A stretch of DNA of 64,000 bases from an uncultured Clostridia bacterium (lineage in GTDB: Bacteria > Bacillota > Clostridia > Christensenellales > UBA3700): positions 14,436 through 78,435 of the forward strand of contig CALWKO010000002.1 in the NCBI GenBank assembly GCA_944381275.1. The letters are read 5' to 3'. Positions 1-10,121 of this stretch are shown here, piece by piece. The position numbers and the translations under genes were made by a program. The notes under the pieces were generated by a model. The model ran no database searches and was not told the DNA's origin. It saw nothing but the letters and a program-made list of their open reading frames with translations. Each line of letters starts with the position of its first letter. The first letter of the stretch is position 1.

Positions 1-297
1 CACCACGTCGTGCCCTTCTTCACGCAGTTTTTCCACATATGATTTGGGCGTGGCGTAGCTGTTCCCGTGCACCGTTTCGTGCTCCAAAAAGTCGCCCTGC
101 GCCAGCATCTCGTCATATTTGCTCTGCGAGATGAAGTGGTAATGAATGCCGTTCACTTCGCCCGCGCGCGGCGCACGAGTGGTTACGGAAACCGACCTTT
201 TCACGTTCGGATCCTGTTGCATAACCCCCTTAAGCACCGTATCTTTGCCCACGCCGGAAGGACCGGAGAGCACGATAAGCAAACCCTTCTTTTTCAT
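1..297 (-). CDS. gmk: Guanylate kinase, N-terminal part only (gene runs off the left edge)
   Basis: Absent from the ORF track because no stop lies inside the window. Reverse-strand translation from ATG 297-295 reads MKKKGLLIVLSGPSGVGKDTVLKGVMQQDPNVKRSVSVTTRAPRAGEVNGIHYHFISQSKYDEML. This shows the P-loop GPSGVGK and the TTR-R-GE-G-Y-F pattern typical of Gmk. The start lies 1 nt after the yicC stop. Confidence 0.9.
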   Translation of the reverse strand, partial: MKKKGLLIVLSGPSGVGKDTVLKGVMQQDPNVKRSVSVTTRAPRAGEVNGIHYHFISQSKYDEMLAQGDFLEHETVHGNSYATPKSYVEKLREEGHDVV

Positions 298-298
298 A

Positions 299-1168
299 TT
301 ATTCCACATTCTGCACTTGTTCGCGCACTTTTTCTATTTCACACTTGGCGTCGATAACGCACTGCGCTATCTTGGAATCGTTGCACTTGGAACCGATGGT
401 GTTCGTCTCCCTGTTCATCTCCTGTACGATGAAGTCGAGCTTCTTTCCCACCGCTCCGGCGGAGGAAGTTATGTCGTTGAAGTGCACTATATGCGACCTT
501 AAACGGGCGATCTCCTCGTCCACCGCCACTTTATCGGCAAAAAATGCCGCTTCGTTCATCAGCCTGGCTTCGTCGAACGCCACGTCGCCGAGCATCTCGG
601 TGATCCTTTCACGCATGCGGTTTTTGTGTTCTTCCACAGTGGCGGGAGCGAGCCGCTCCACCTCGTCCACAAAAGCGGATATATGCGATACCTTCTCCTC
701 GAAATCGCGCCTGAGCATCTCCCCTTCCTTGGCGCGCATTGCGATAAGTCCGCTTATCGCCTGCTCCGTAGCTTGCCTTACGAGTGCGCCCACGGCTTCT
801 TCATCCTCGTCTTCTTCCTTTACGACTACGACTTCCGGCATTTTGAGCAGAACAGCCGCGCTCATGTCGTTGGGGACGGAGAACTTCATCGCCGCTTTCG
901 CCGCCATGGTGCAATAGTCGCGCGCGAGCTGTTCGTCCATGCTTATTTTACCGCCCGATTCGCGCTCGTAGTTGACGTAAATATCCAAATGCCCGCGGGT
1001 TATTTTGCCCTTTACGGCGGTGCGGATGATGTCCTCCGCAAAGCTCAAAGTGCGCGGCAATTTGATGTTCATATCCAAGAAGCGGTGGTTTACGGATTTT
1101 ATCTCTACGCCGACTTTTCTGCCCGCGTCTTCCGCAATTCCTTTGCCGTATCCTGTCATACTGTTCAT
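299..1168 (-). CDS. yicC: YicC/YloC family stress-induced protein (endoribonuclease YicC-like)
   Basis: 289-aa ORF with N-terminus MNSMTGYGKG and C-terminal DFIVQEMNRETNTIGSK plus EKVREQVQNVE, characteristic of the YicC_N/DUF1732 family. Lies upstream of gmk, as in Firmicutes. Confidence 0.9.
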   Translation of the reverse strand: MNSMTGYGKGIAEDAGRKVGVEIKSVNHRFLDMNIKLPRTLSFAEDIIRTAVKGKITRGHLDIYVNYERESGGKISMDEQLARDYCTMAAKAAMKFSVPNDMSAAVLLKMPEVVVVKEEDEDEEAVGALVRQATEQAISGLIAMRAKEGEMLRRDFEEKVSHISAFVDEVERLAPATVEEHKNRMRERITEMLGDVAFDEARLMNEAAFFADKVAVDEEIARLRSHIVHFNDITSSAGAVGKKLDFIVQEMNRETNTIGSKCNDSKIAQCVIDAKCEIEKVREQVQNVE

Positions 1169-1203
1169 GGGTAAACCTCTTTATCCGTTCTTACTGTTAG
1201 AAC

Positions 1204-1232
1204 ATTATATCATATACGCGCGGAAAACACAA
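1204..1232 (-). promoter_or_regulatory. Sigma-70-type promoter for yicC-gmk (TTGTGT-17-TATAAT with extended TG)
   Basis: The minus strand reads TTGTGT, then TTTCCGCGCGTATATGA (17 nt), then TATAAT. The -10 is preceded by TGA (extended -10). It lies about 35 nt upstream of the yicC ATG and its AAGAGG SD. Confidence 0.55.
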
Positions 1233-1242
1233 ATAAATATAA

Positions 1243-1270
1243 TAAAAAAAGCGGCGAGCTTTTTCACCGC
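1243..1270 (-). terminator. Rho-independent terminator after ligA
   Basis: The minus strand reads GCGGTGA-AAAAGC-TCGCCGC followed by TTTTTTTA. This is a 7-bp stem plus a U7 tract, 27 nt after the ligA stop. Confidence 0.8.
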
Positions 1271-1296
1271 TTTTTCTCCTTTCTTTTTTGCAAAGG

Positions 1297-3240
<1,944 letters not shown>

Positions 3241-5397
3241 TTAATCACCGATCAAAGTCAAGGGGGCAAGGCGCAGGTTGAGCACCTTTACACCCAATTT
3301 TTCAAAAGCTATGCGGGCGTTTTCACCCGTGACATCCTGAATAACGCCGTCGCCGAATTTGGGGTGGCGAACCTTCTTCCCCTCGACAAAGGCGGATATA
3401 TCCTTGCCGGCTGCGGCGGACGGGGAGAACTTGGGCGCAAAATCGCGCCTCATCGCCTGCTGAACGGTGTGATGCACCGTCCTGTCCGCAGACTTCCTTG
3501 CCGCGGCGATAAGTCCGCTCTCCTTTACGAATCTGCTCACGGGATTGCTCTCCGTCTTACCGAACCTGAACCGCCTGCCCGCGTTAGTCAGCCACAGGCG
3601 CTCGCGCGCACGCGTTATGGCTACATACATTATGCGGCGCTCCTCCTCCACGTCGGCGGTGGTGGTATCCGAACGCAGCGAGGGGAAGATACCCTCTTCC
3701 AGACCAACGATAAACACGCAGCGGAATTCCAGACCTTTCACTCCGTGAATGGTGGCTATTGTTATGTAATTGCCCTCGTCCGTTTCGTCCGCGTCAGTCA
3801 AGAGTGAAAGCGTTTGCAGATATTCTTCCAGCTTCACATCCGGGTTATCCGCGCAGAACTCGTGCACGGAAGTTAGGAACTGGTCGATATTTTCCAGCTT
3901 GCTCCTGCCCTCGGGATCGTCCATGTCGTATGCGGCGTAAAAGTCCACCTTATCGAAAACATATTTAACATATTCATCGAGCGGCATGCCGTCCTTGTTT
4001 TCAGAAATATCTTTGGCGAGGGCGGCGAACTGCAACAGTTTCTTCTTGTATGCCGGGGCGAGATCCAGCTCGTCCAGCATCATAAGTCCGTCGTAGAGGG
4101 ACACATTGCGTTCCGAACAAGCACGAATGAGCGCGTCCACGCAGGCTTCGCCTATTCCCCTCTTGGGGAAGTTGATTATACGCGTGACGCTTTCTCCGTC
4201 CGCGGGGTTGACCGCCATGCGCAGGTATGCGATAAAATCCTTAATCTCTTTGCGCTCGTAGAACTTAAAGCCGCCTATCACCTTATAGGGCATGCCGTAG
4301 GAGGACATTCTGTCTTCGAAGATGCGCGTTAGGGAGTTTATGCGCACCAAAATGGCAAAATCGCTGTAACGGTAGCCGTGATTTTTGACCAAATTCATTA
4401 TCTGTTCGAGCACGAAATCCGCTTCCGTCTTGTCGTCGCCCATGCTGCGGTAAGCTACTTCCACGCCGTCTTCCTTATCTGTCCACAGCTGCTTGCCCAT
4501 TCTGCCGGCATTATTGGCTATCACCTTGTTTGCCGTCTTCAATATGTTTCCGCTGCTGCGATAGTTGCGCTCCAGCTTGTATATGCGGCAGTCGGGATAA
4601 TCCTTCTTGAAGTTGAGGATATTCCCCACGTCGGCGCCGCGCCATCCGTAGATGCTCTGATCGTCGTCGCCCACCACAAAGATGTTCCCGTACTTGCGCA
4701 CGAGCATCTTCACGAGCAAAAATTGAATTTTGTTCGTATCCTGAAACTCGTCCACGTGCACATACAAGAACCTGTCCTGATACTTTTCCAGCACGTCCTT
4801 ATGCATGGCAAAGAGCAAGAACGTTTTGAGCAGCAGATCATCGAAGTCGAAGGCGTTGTTCTTGGCGAGCTCTTCTTCGTACTTGGCATAAACCTGCGTG
4901 ATGAGGTCGCATTCGGGATGATCCTTTATACGCAAGGAATACTGCTCCGGGGTCATGGCGATGCTCTTTGCCGCGGAGATATGCCAGCGGATGGTCTTTT
5001 TCTTATCCGCAGAGTCGGGATAATTTTCCTTCAAAATACGAGTTATTATCCTATCCGATTCCGCCTCCCCGTATATGGAAAAGTTGCGGTTATGCCCCAG
5101 CTTGTCCGCGTCGTTGCGCAGCACTCTGGCGCAGAAGGAGTGGAAGGTCATCACCCACATCCCGTCCTGACCGGTGACGGCGTGAATGCGCTCCTTCATC
5201 TCTCCCGCGGCTTTGTTCGTAAAAGTTATTGCCAAAATATTATAAGGTGAAACGCCGCATTTCTCTATTAAATATGCGATCCTGTATGTAAGTACGCGCG
5301 TTTTACCGCTACCCGCACCCGCCAGCACCAGCACGGCGCCCTCGGTATCGGTGACGGGTTTGAGCTGCTCTTCGTTGAGCAAAGTAGAATAATCCAT
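3241..5397 (-). CDS. pcrA: ATP-dependent DNA helicase PcrA/UvrD (SF1)
   Basis: 718 aa. Contains Walker A AGAGSGKTRVLT, the DEFQDT box, VGDDDQSIYGWRGA, TIHGVKGLEF and YVAITRARERL. The pcrA-ligA adjacency is typical of Firmicutes. Confidence 0.96.
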   Translation of the reverse strand: MDYSTLLNEEQLKPVTDTEGAVLVLAGAGSGKTRVLTYRIAYLIEKCGVSPYNILAITFTNKAAGEMKERIHAVTGQDGMWVMTFHSFCARVLRNDADKLGHNRNFSIYGEAESDRIITRILKENYPDSADKKKTIRWHISAAKSIAMTPEQYSLRIKDHPECDLITQVYAKYEEELAKNNAFDFDDLLLKTFLLFAMHKDVLEKYQDRFLYVHVDEFQDTNKIQFLLVKMLVRKYGNIFVVGDDDQSIYGWRGADVGNILNFKKDYPDCRIYKLERNYRSSGNILKTANKVIANNAGRMGKQLWTDKEDGVEVAYRSMGDDKTEADFVLEQIMNLVKNHGYRYSDFAILVRINSLTRIFEDRMSSYGMPYKVIGGFKFYERKEIKDFIAYLRMAVNPADGESVTRIINFPKRGIGEACVDALIRACSERNVSLYDGLMMLDELDLAPAYKKKLLQFAALAKDISENKDGMPLDEYVKYVFDKVDFYAAYDMDDPEGRSKLENIDQFLTSVHEFCADNPDVKLEEYLQTLSLLTDADETDEGNYITIATIHGVKGLEFRCVFIVGLEEGIFPSLRSDTTTADVEEERRIMYVAITRARERLWLTNAGRRFRFGKTESNPVSRFVKESGLIAAARKSADRTVHHTVQQAMRRDFAPKFSPSAAAGKDISAFVEGKKVRHPKFGDGVIQDVTGENARIAFEKLGVKVLNLRLAPLTLIGD

Positions 5398-5426
5398 AAT
5401 TTTCTGCCTTTTAGTGAATTTATATT

Positions 5427-5455
5427 ATATTATCACAAAACGCGTAAATTTGCAA
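5427..5455 (-). promoter_or_regulatory. Sigma-70-type promoter for pcrA-ligA (TTGCAA-17-TAATAT, extended TG)
   Basis: The minus strand reads TTGCAA, then ATTTACGCGTTTTGTGA (17 nt), then TAATAT. It lies 29 nt upstream of the pcrA ATG. Confidence 0.55.
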
Positions 5456-5461
5456 GGAATA

Positions 5462-5483
5462 CGCCGCACAAAATGACGCGGCG
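5462..5483 (-). terminator. Weak hairpin/terminator after the LRR lipoprotein gene
   Basis: The minus strand reads CGCCGC-GTCATTTTGT-GCGGCG followed by TATTCCTT. The stem is 6 bp of GC pairs and the U tract is only moderate. Confidence 0.4.
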
Positions 5484-5489
5484 AAAATG

Positions 5490-7139
5490 TCATGCGTAAA
5501 TTATCTCATAGCGGCCTATGGTGATGATTTCGTCCCAATCAAAAGCCGCCCCTTCCCTCACCGTTATAACTATGGGAAGAGCCGCTTCCTCCCCCGATCC
5601 GGTGCTGTCGAAAGCCCTGACGCCTATTTCGGTGACGGAGGCGGGAATGGTTATCTCTTTAATGCCCGTCCCGTTGAACGCGTCCATTCCTATCGCCGTG
5701 AGCGTTTGAGGCAGGGATATGCTTTTCAAATTTATACACTCGGCAAATGCGCCCGCGCTCAGCGTTTTTAATGAAGAAGGCAAAGTGACTTCGGCAAGCT
5801 GCTCGCAGCCGGAAAACGCCCAATCGCCGATGGTCGTATTTGCACCCTCAAAGACGACTGTTAGCAAATTTTCGCAGTATGCAAATGCCTCGCTCGCCAC
5901 ATAATCTATCCCATCGGGCACAGTAACCGATATGATATTAGTGCCGATGAACGCTCTGACTTCCACGCCCTTAACGGGATGGCCGCCCAAAGCTGCGGGC
6001 AAAACCACGTCCGTTTCCCCGCCTTGGTAGTCGACGATATAAGCGTTGCCGCCCCTGATCGCATAGACGTAACCGTTTTCTTCCCCGTCCGTGATAAATG
6101 AGGGTTGATATTGTTCCGTGCCTGAATATCCCTTGAAGTTCCAATAGGGATCATAGCCGGCACCCGCTTTCACGTGTAAAATCACCTGCAAGTTATCCGC
6201 GCAGTCGGCAAAAATTCTGCTCCCCGCCGATTGTAAATTGGCGGGCAGAGTTACCGATGTGAGCGCTTTATTTCCCGCAAAGGCAAAGGCGTATATATCG
6301 GTTGTAAATTCTGAAACGACGTAATCGCCCGCCGTGCTTGCAAGGACGAAAACAAGGGCGTTCCCGCTGTATAACGCACCGTTATTTATGCGATAATTCC
6401 CCGAACAGATCACGCTTTCCACGCCCGAACCTGCAAAGGCGCCGCCTTGAACGGCAACGTTCCCGCCAAGGTAGACGGTCTTTAACAAGGAGATATTTCT
6501 AAATGCTTCCTCTCCCACCCTAACAGTATAATTTCCGTAAGTAGACGGAATATAAACCGTTGTCAAAGAGGCATCCTTTGCGTTCGATATGATAACTTCC
6601 GATCCGAAAAAATGCAAATTGAATGTGGCGGAAACATATTCATCCCCGATAAATGCGCCGTAAAGAGCCGTACCGCCCGGCGCCGCCGTCACACTCGCGC
6701 CTATGCGCTGAGTCATGGCTCTATCACTGAACCAGCCGAAAAATTCCCCCGAACCATCGAATTCATATTCAATGGGATCAACGCTTTCGCCGGTGAGTGC
6801 GCTTTGCACAAAGTATTCTTCACCGTTCACATAATATGTCACGGCGTTATCCGCAGCCTGCCAGCGAGCGTAAAAAGTCACGTTTGAATTTATAACCGTC
6901 AATGTCACTCGGTTTTCGTTTTCGTCATACCAACCGATAAAAATATACCCCTCGCGAGTTGGAACATATGCGGAAAGATCTAGAGCCTTTCCCTCTTCCG
7001 CCGTCAAACTTTCACTCTCCATCGTGCCGCCTTGAAGATCGAAAGTAACCGTATATTCGGCGGGTTTGCACGCAAAAAGCAATACCGCACATGCGATAAC
7101 AATCAAAATCACGGTGATGAAGAGCGCTTGTTTTCTCAT
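5490..7139 (-). CDS. Surface lipoprotein with a Listeria-Bacteroides repeat (Flg_new-like) module and BspA-type leucine-rich repeats
   Basis: 549 aa. Signal peptide plus lipobox (LLFAC). The stretch YTVTFDLQGGT...EGYIFIGWYDE fits the Flg_new repeat. Recurrent ..AF.GC..L..V.LP..L..I...AF... units (for example AFSGCEQLAEVTLPSSLKTLSAGAFAECINLKSISLP) fit LRR_5/BspA repeats. Confidence 0.8.
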   Translation of the reverse strand: MRKQALFITVILIVIACAVLLFACKPAEYTVTFDLQGGTMESESLTAEEGKALDLSAYVPTREGYIFIGWYDENENRVTLTVINSNVTFYARWQAADNAVTYYVNGEEYFVQSALTGESVDPIEYEFDGSGEFFGWFSDRAMTQRIGASVTAAPGGTALYGAFIGDEYVSATFNLHFFGSEVIISNAKDASLTTVYIPSTYGNYTVRVGEEAFRNISLLKTVYLGGNVAVQGGAFAGSGVESVICSGNYRINNGALYSGNALVFVLASTAGDYVVSEFTTDIYAFAFAGNKALTSVTLPANLQSAGSRIFADCADNLQVILHVKAGAGYDPYWNFKGYSGTEQYQPSFITDGEENGYVYAIRGGNAYIVDYQGGETDVVLPAALGGHPVKGVEVRAFIGTNIISVTVPDGIDYVASEAFAYCENLLTVVFEGANTTIGDWAFSGCEQLAEVTLPSSLKTLSAGAFAECINLKSISLPQTLTAIGMDAFNGTGIKEITIPASVTEIGVRAFDSTGSGEEAALPIVITVREGAAFDWDEIITIGRYEIIYA

Positions 7140-7150
7140 ATTTCAACCTT

Positions 7151-7179
7151 ATTATATATTCCCCTAGGATATTTGTCAA
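7151..7179 (-). promoter_or_regulatory. Perfect-consensus sigma-70 promoter (TTGACA-17-TATAAT) for the LRR lipoprotein
   Basis: The minus strand reads TTGACA, then AATATCCTAGGGGAATA (17 nt), then TATAAT. The -35 abuts the stop codon of the upstream Rrf2-NifS gene. Only 11 nt (AAGGTTGAAAT) separate the -10 from the ATG, so the leader must be very short. Confidence 0.7.
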
Positions 7180-8697
7180 TTACTCAAATTTCCTCTCCTG
7201 CTTATCGTGCGCAAACAGGTCGGAAACGCGCAGCGCCCTTACCTGCTCCGCAGTTATATCTGCCGCTCTCATGGCTTGCTCCATAGTATTGAATTTGCCG
7301 AAGGTGAAGCGCACTGTGGAGCGGGCGTCCTCCTCGCTCAAACCCATGGCGGTAAGCACATGAGAAAGCACCGCGGAGCCTGAAGAGCACGCCGAACCTG
7401 CCGAAGCATACACCCCGCGCTCGTCCAGCCTGGCAAGCAGAGCCTGCCCGTTCACCCCGTGAAAAGTAAGAGATGAGTGGGATGAAAGCCTGTTATCCTT
7501 ACTCTGAACTGTGATTCCGCTCACAAGTGAGCGCAATCTGCCTTCAAAAGCATCGCGCATCTTTTTTATGCGCGCGTCATTCTCCTCTCTCTCATTGCAC
7601 GCTTTTTCCAAGGCGTAACCTATAGCGACTATGCCGGGGGTGTTTAGGGTGCCCGCCCTTCTTCCGCGTTCCTGCTCTCCGCCGTCCATAAACCTCTCGC
7701 ACTTCACGCCGTTGCGCTTATACAGTACTCCCACGCCCTTAGGGCAATAAAACTTATGCCCGCTCAGCGAGAGCATATCCGCATTCATCGCCTTGACGTC
7801 AAGGTCGAGATGCCCCGCCGCCTGAACCGCGTCCGTATGGAAGGTTATACCGTGAGATTTTGCAATCTCACCCGCCCTAGCAACATCAAAAATCGCGCCC
7901 GTTTCGTTATTCGCCGCCATGACGCTTATTAAAACGGTGTCCTTACGGATGGCATTTTCAATGTCGTCAAGGCTTATAACTCCCGCAGAGTTTACGGGAA
8001 GATAGGTTACTTGATATCCGCACTTTTCAAGCGCGCGGCAGGATTCCAGCACGGCGGGATGTTCCGCCGATGTGGTTATGATATGCCTGCCCTTATCCTT
8101 CATGGCGTAAGCCGTACCTTTAATCGCCCAATTGTCGCTTTCGCTCCCGCCGCAGGTGAAGTATATCTCCCACGGGCGGGCGTTTATGCATGCGGCGATT
8201 CGCTCGCGCGCCTCGTCTACTGCGTTCTGCGCCCTTCTGCCCATCGCATGCAGAGAAGACGCGTTGCCGTATATATCGGAAAAATACGGCAGCATTTTTT
8301 CTACGACTTCCCTGTCCGCGGATGTGGTTGCGGCGTTGTCGAGGTATATCCCCTGCATTCGGGGAGTGAAGTCTATTCTCTCCGCTGCTTTATCCATCGC
8401 CGCGCTTACGATAGAGGAAAAATCTTCGCCCCTCTCCTCACTTCCGCTCACTGCGGCGATAATTTCGCCCGCATTGCAAGCCTTGCCCTTATCGGAGAGG
8501 TAATATCCGCCGTCCGCTCCGCGCCGTGCCGAGATAAAGCCGCTCTTGCGGAGCAGATAGAGCACCTGTTCCAAATACCTTGCGCTTACGCCCAGCCTTT
8601 CGGCACACACTTTCGCGTCGTAAACTTCCCCTTCCTTCAATCCTGAAAGGAGCTTTACCGCGTTGAGAGCTATTTTCACCTTTTGAGAAAAAACCAT
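7180..8697 (-). CDS. Fusion protein: truncated Rrf2-type winged-helix domain plus NifS/IscS-type cysteine desulfurase
   Basis: Start reassigned to ATG 8697 (MVFSQKVKIALNAV...). The track start at 8889 overlaps glyA and lies upstream of the promoter at 8723-8751. Residues 1-113 look Rrf2-like (VSARYLEQVLYLLRKSGFISARRGADGGYYL). From M114, MQGIYLDNAATT begins a complete class-V aminotransferase with the PLP lysine (SLSGHKF) and catalytic Cys (SAGSACSSGS). There is no stop codon between the two parts. Confidence 0.8.
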   Translation of the reverse strand: MVFSQKVKIALNAVKLLSGLKEGEVYDAKVCAERLGVSARYLEQVLYLLRKSGFISARRGADGGYYLSDKGKACNAGEIIAAVSGSEERGEDFSSIVSAAMDKAAERIDFTPRMQGIYLDNAATTSADREVVEKMLPYFSDIYGNASSLHAMGRRAQNAVDEARERIAACINARPWEIYFTCGGSESDNWAIKGTAYAMKDKGRHIITTSAEHPAVLESCRALEKCGYQVTYLPVNSAGVISLDDIENAIRKDTVLISVMAANNETGAIFDVARAGEIAKSHGITFHTDAVQAAGHLDLDVKAMNADMLSLSGHKFYCPKGVGVLYKRNGVKCERFMDGGEQERGRRAGTLNTPGIVAIGYALEKACNEREENDARIKKMRDAFEGRLRSLVSGITVQSKDNRLSSHSSLTFHGVNGQALLARLDERGVYASAGSACSSGSAVLSHVLTAMGLSEEDARSTVRFTFGKFNTMEQAMRAADITAEQVRALRVSDLFAHDKQERKFE

Positions 8698-8722
8698 AAT
8701 CTTTACCTTTTTACCGTAGATT

Positions 8723-8751
8723 ATTTTAACACATATCCGCCCGCCTGTCAA
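8723..8751 (-). promoter_or_regulatory. Sigma-70-type promoter for the Rrf2-NifS gene (TTGACA-17-TAAAAT, extended TG)
   Basis: The minus strand reads TTGACA, then GGCGGGCGGATATGTGT (17 nt), then TAAAAT. It lies 25 nt upstream of ATG 8697. Confidence 0.65.
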
Positions 8752-8792
8752 GCATAGTATCTGCTTGCTTCGGATATCTATTCCGCTCATAT

Positions 8793-8824
8793 AAAAAATA
8801 AGAGCGCGCCTTATTAAGGCACGC
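8793..8824 (-). terminator. Rho-independent terminator after glyA
   Basis: The minus strand reads GCGTGCCTT-AAT-AAGGCGCGC followed by TCTTATTTTTT. This is a 9-bp stem with one G-U pair plus a U-rich tail. Confidence 0.75.
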
Positions 8825-8846
8825 CCTAGTAATGCAGATAATTTGA

Positions 8847-10103
8847 TCAGCAGTTTATATCGTTTTGGTAGATCGGGTATTTTTCGCACATAGCGGCGAC
8901 CTTCTTACCCACTTCTTCCACGGCATCTTCACCCCTGTCGATGACTTCCGCGATGCAGGAAGCCACCACGTCCATATCCTCGGGCTGCATACCCCTTGTT
9001 GCGGTGGCGGGGGTCCCCAGCCTTATGCCGGAAGTGACAAACGGCTTTTGCGGATCGAAGGGAATGGCGTTCTTATTCACGGTGATATGAGCCTTGTCGA
9101 GCAGTTTTTCTATCTCCTTGCCCGTCTTACCCTTAGATGTGAGATCCACGAGCATGAGGTGGTTATCAGTGCCGCCGGAGACGAGAGAAATGCCCCTCTT
9201 CATCAATCCGTCCGCAAGCGCCTTGGCGTTGAGAACCACCCTGTGCTGATATTCCTTAAATTCGGGCATCATCGCCTCCTTGAAGGCGACGGCTTTTGCC
9301 GCGATTATATGCATGAGAGGGCCGCCCTGCGTGCCGGGGAAGATGGCTTTGTCTATCTTTTTGGCGAGTTCTTCGTCGTTGGTGAGGATAAGCCCGCCCC
9401 TGGGTCCGCGCAGCGTCTTGTGCGTGGTGGTAGAAGTTACGTGAGCGTAAGGGATGGGAGAAGGATGTTCGCCGGCAGCCACAAGACCCGCTATGTGCGC
9501 CATATCCACCATGAGATATGCGCCCACTTCGTCCGCGATCTCCCTAAACCGCTTGAAGTCGATCGTCCTGGGATATGCGCTCGCGCCCGCCAAGATGAGC
9601 TTGGGCTTGCACTCTTTTGCTATGCGCTCCACTTCGTCGTAATTGATCATGCAAGTTTCCTTATCCACGCCGTAAGGCACGATGTTGAAATACTTGCCGG
9701 AGATGTTCACGGGTGAGCCGTGGCTGAGGTGTCCGCCGTGCGCCAAATTCATGCTCAAAACGGTGTCGCCCGGCTGAATGAGGGCGAAGAACACCGCCAA
9801 ATTCGCGCTCGCACCGCTGTGCGCCTGCACGTTTGCAAAGTTGGCGCCGAAGAGCTTTTTAGCCCTTTCTATCGCCAGATTTTCCGCGATGTCCACAAAT
9901 TCGCAGCCGCCGTAGTACCGCTTGCCGGGGTAGCCTTCCGCATACTTATTGGTGAAGAAGGTGCCCATAGCCGCCATAACCGCGGGAGATACGATGTTCT
10001 CGCTTGCGATGAGCTCCAGGTTGCCGCGCTGACGTGCAAGTTCCAGCTCGAAAGACGCGTAAAGTTCCGGGTCGAAATCCTTGATAATTTTGAGATCTAC
10101 CAT
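8847..10103 (-). CDS. glyA: Serine hydroxymethyltransferase
   Basis: 418 aa. Contains [28 protein letters not shown] and the PLP site [15 protein letters not shown]. Confidence 0.97.
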   Translation of the reverse strand: MVDLKIIKDFDPELYASFELELARQRGNLELIASENIVSPAVMAAMGTFFTNKYAEGYPGKRYYGGCEFVDIAENLAIERAKKLFGANFANVQAHSGASANLAVFFALIQPGDTVLSMNLAHGGHLSHGSPVNISGKYFNIVPYGVDKETCMINYDEVERIAKECKPKLILAGASAYPRTIDFKRFREIADEVGAYLMVDMAHIAGLVAAGEHPSPIPYAHVTSTTTHKTLRGPRGGLILTNDEELAKKIDKAIFPGTQGGPLMHIIAAKAVAFKEAMMPEFKEYQHRVVLNAKALADGLMKRGISLVSGGTDNHLMLVDLTSKGKTGKEIEKLLDKAHITVNKNAIPFDPQKPFVTSGIRLGTPATATRGMQPEDMDVVASCIAEVIDRGEDAVEEVGKKVAAMCEKYPIYQNDINC

Positions 10104-10121
10104 AATTTATACCTCTTATGT

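Noticed and set aside
8698-8889. N-terminal extensions in the ORF track. Track starts are at 8889, 23364, 25801, 26427, 29141, 37359, 38366, 42711, 42719, 46616, 59915 and 60320
   Set aside because: - The extended starts fall inside upstream genes, or inside or upstream of consensus promoters (for example 29141 inside TTGACA-17-TATAAT, and 38366 on a -35 box).
- Downstream in-frame ATG or GTG codons have SD sequences and reproduce the conserved family N-termini.
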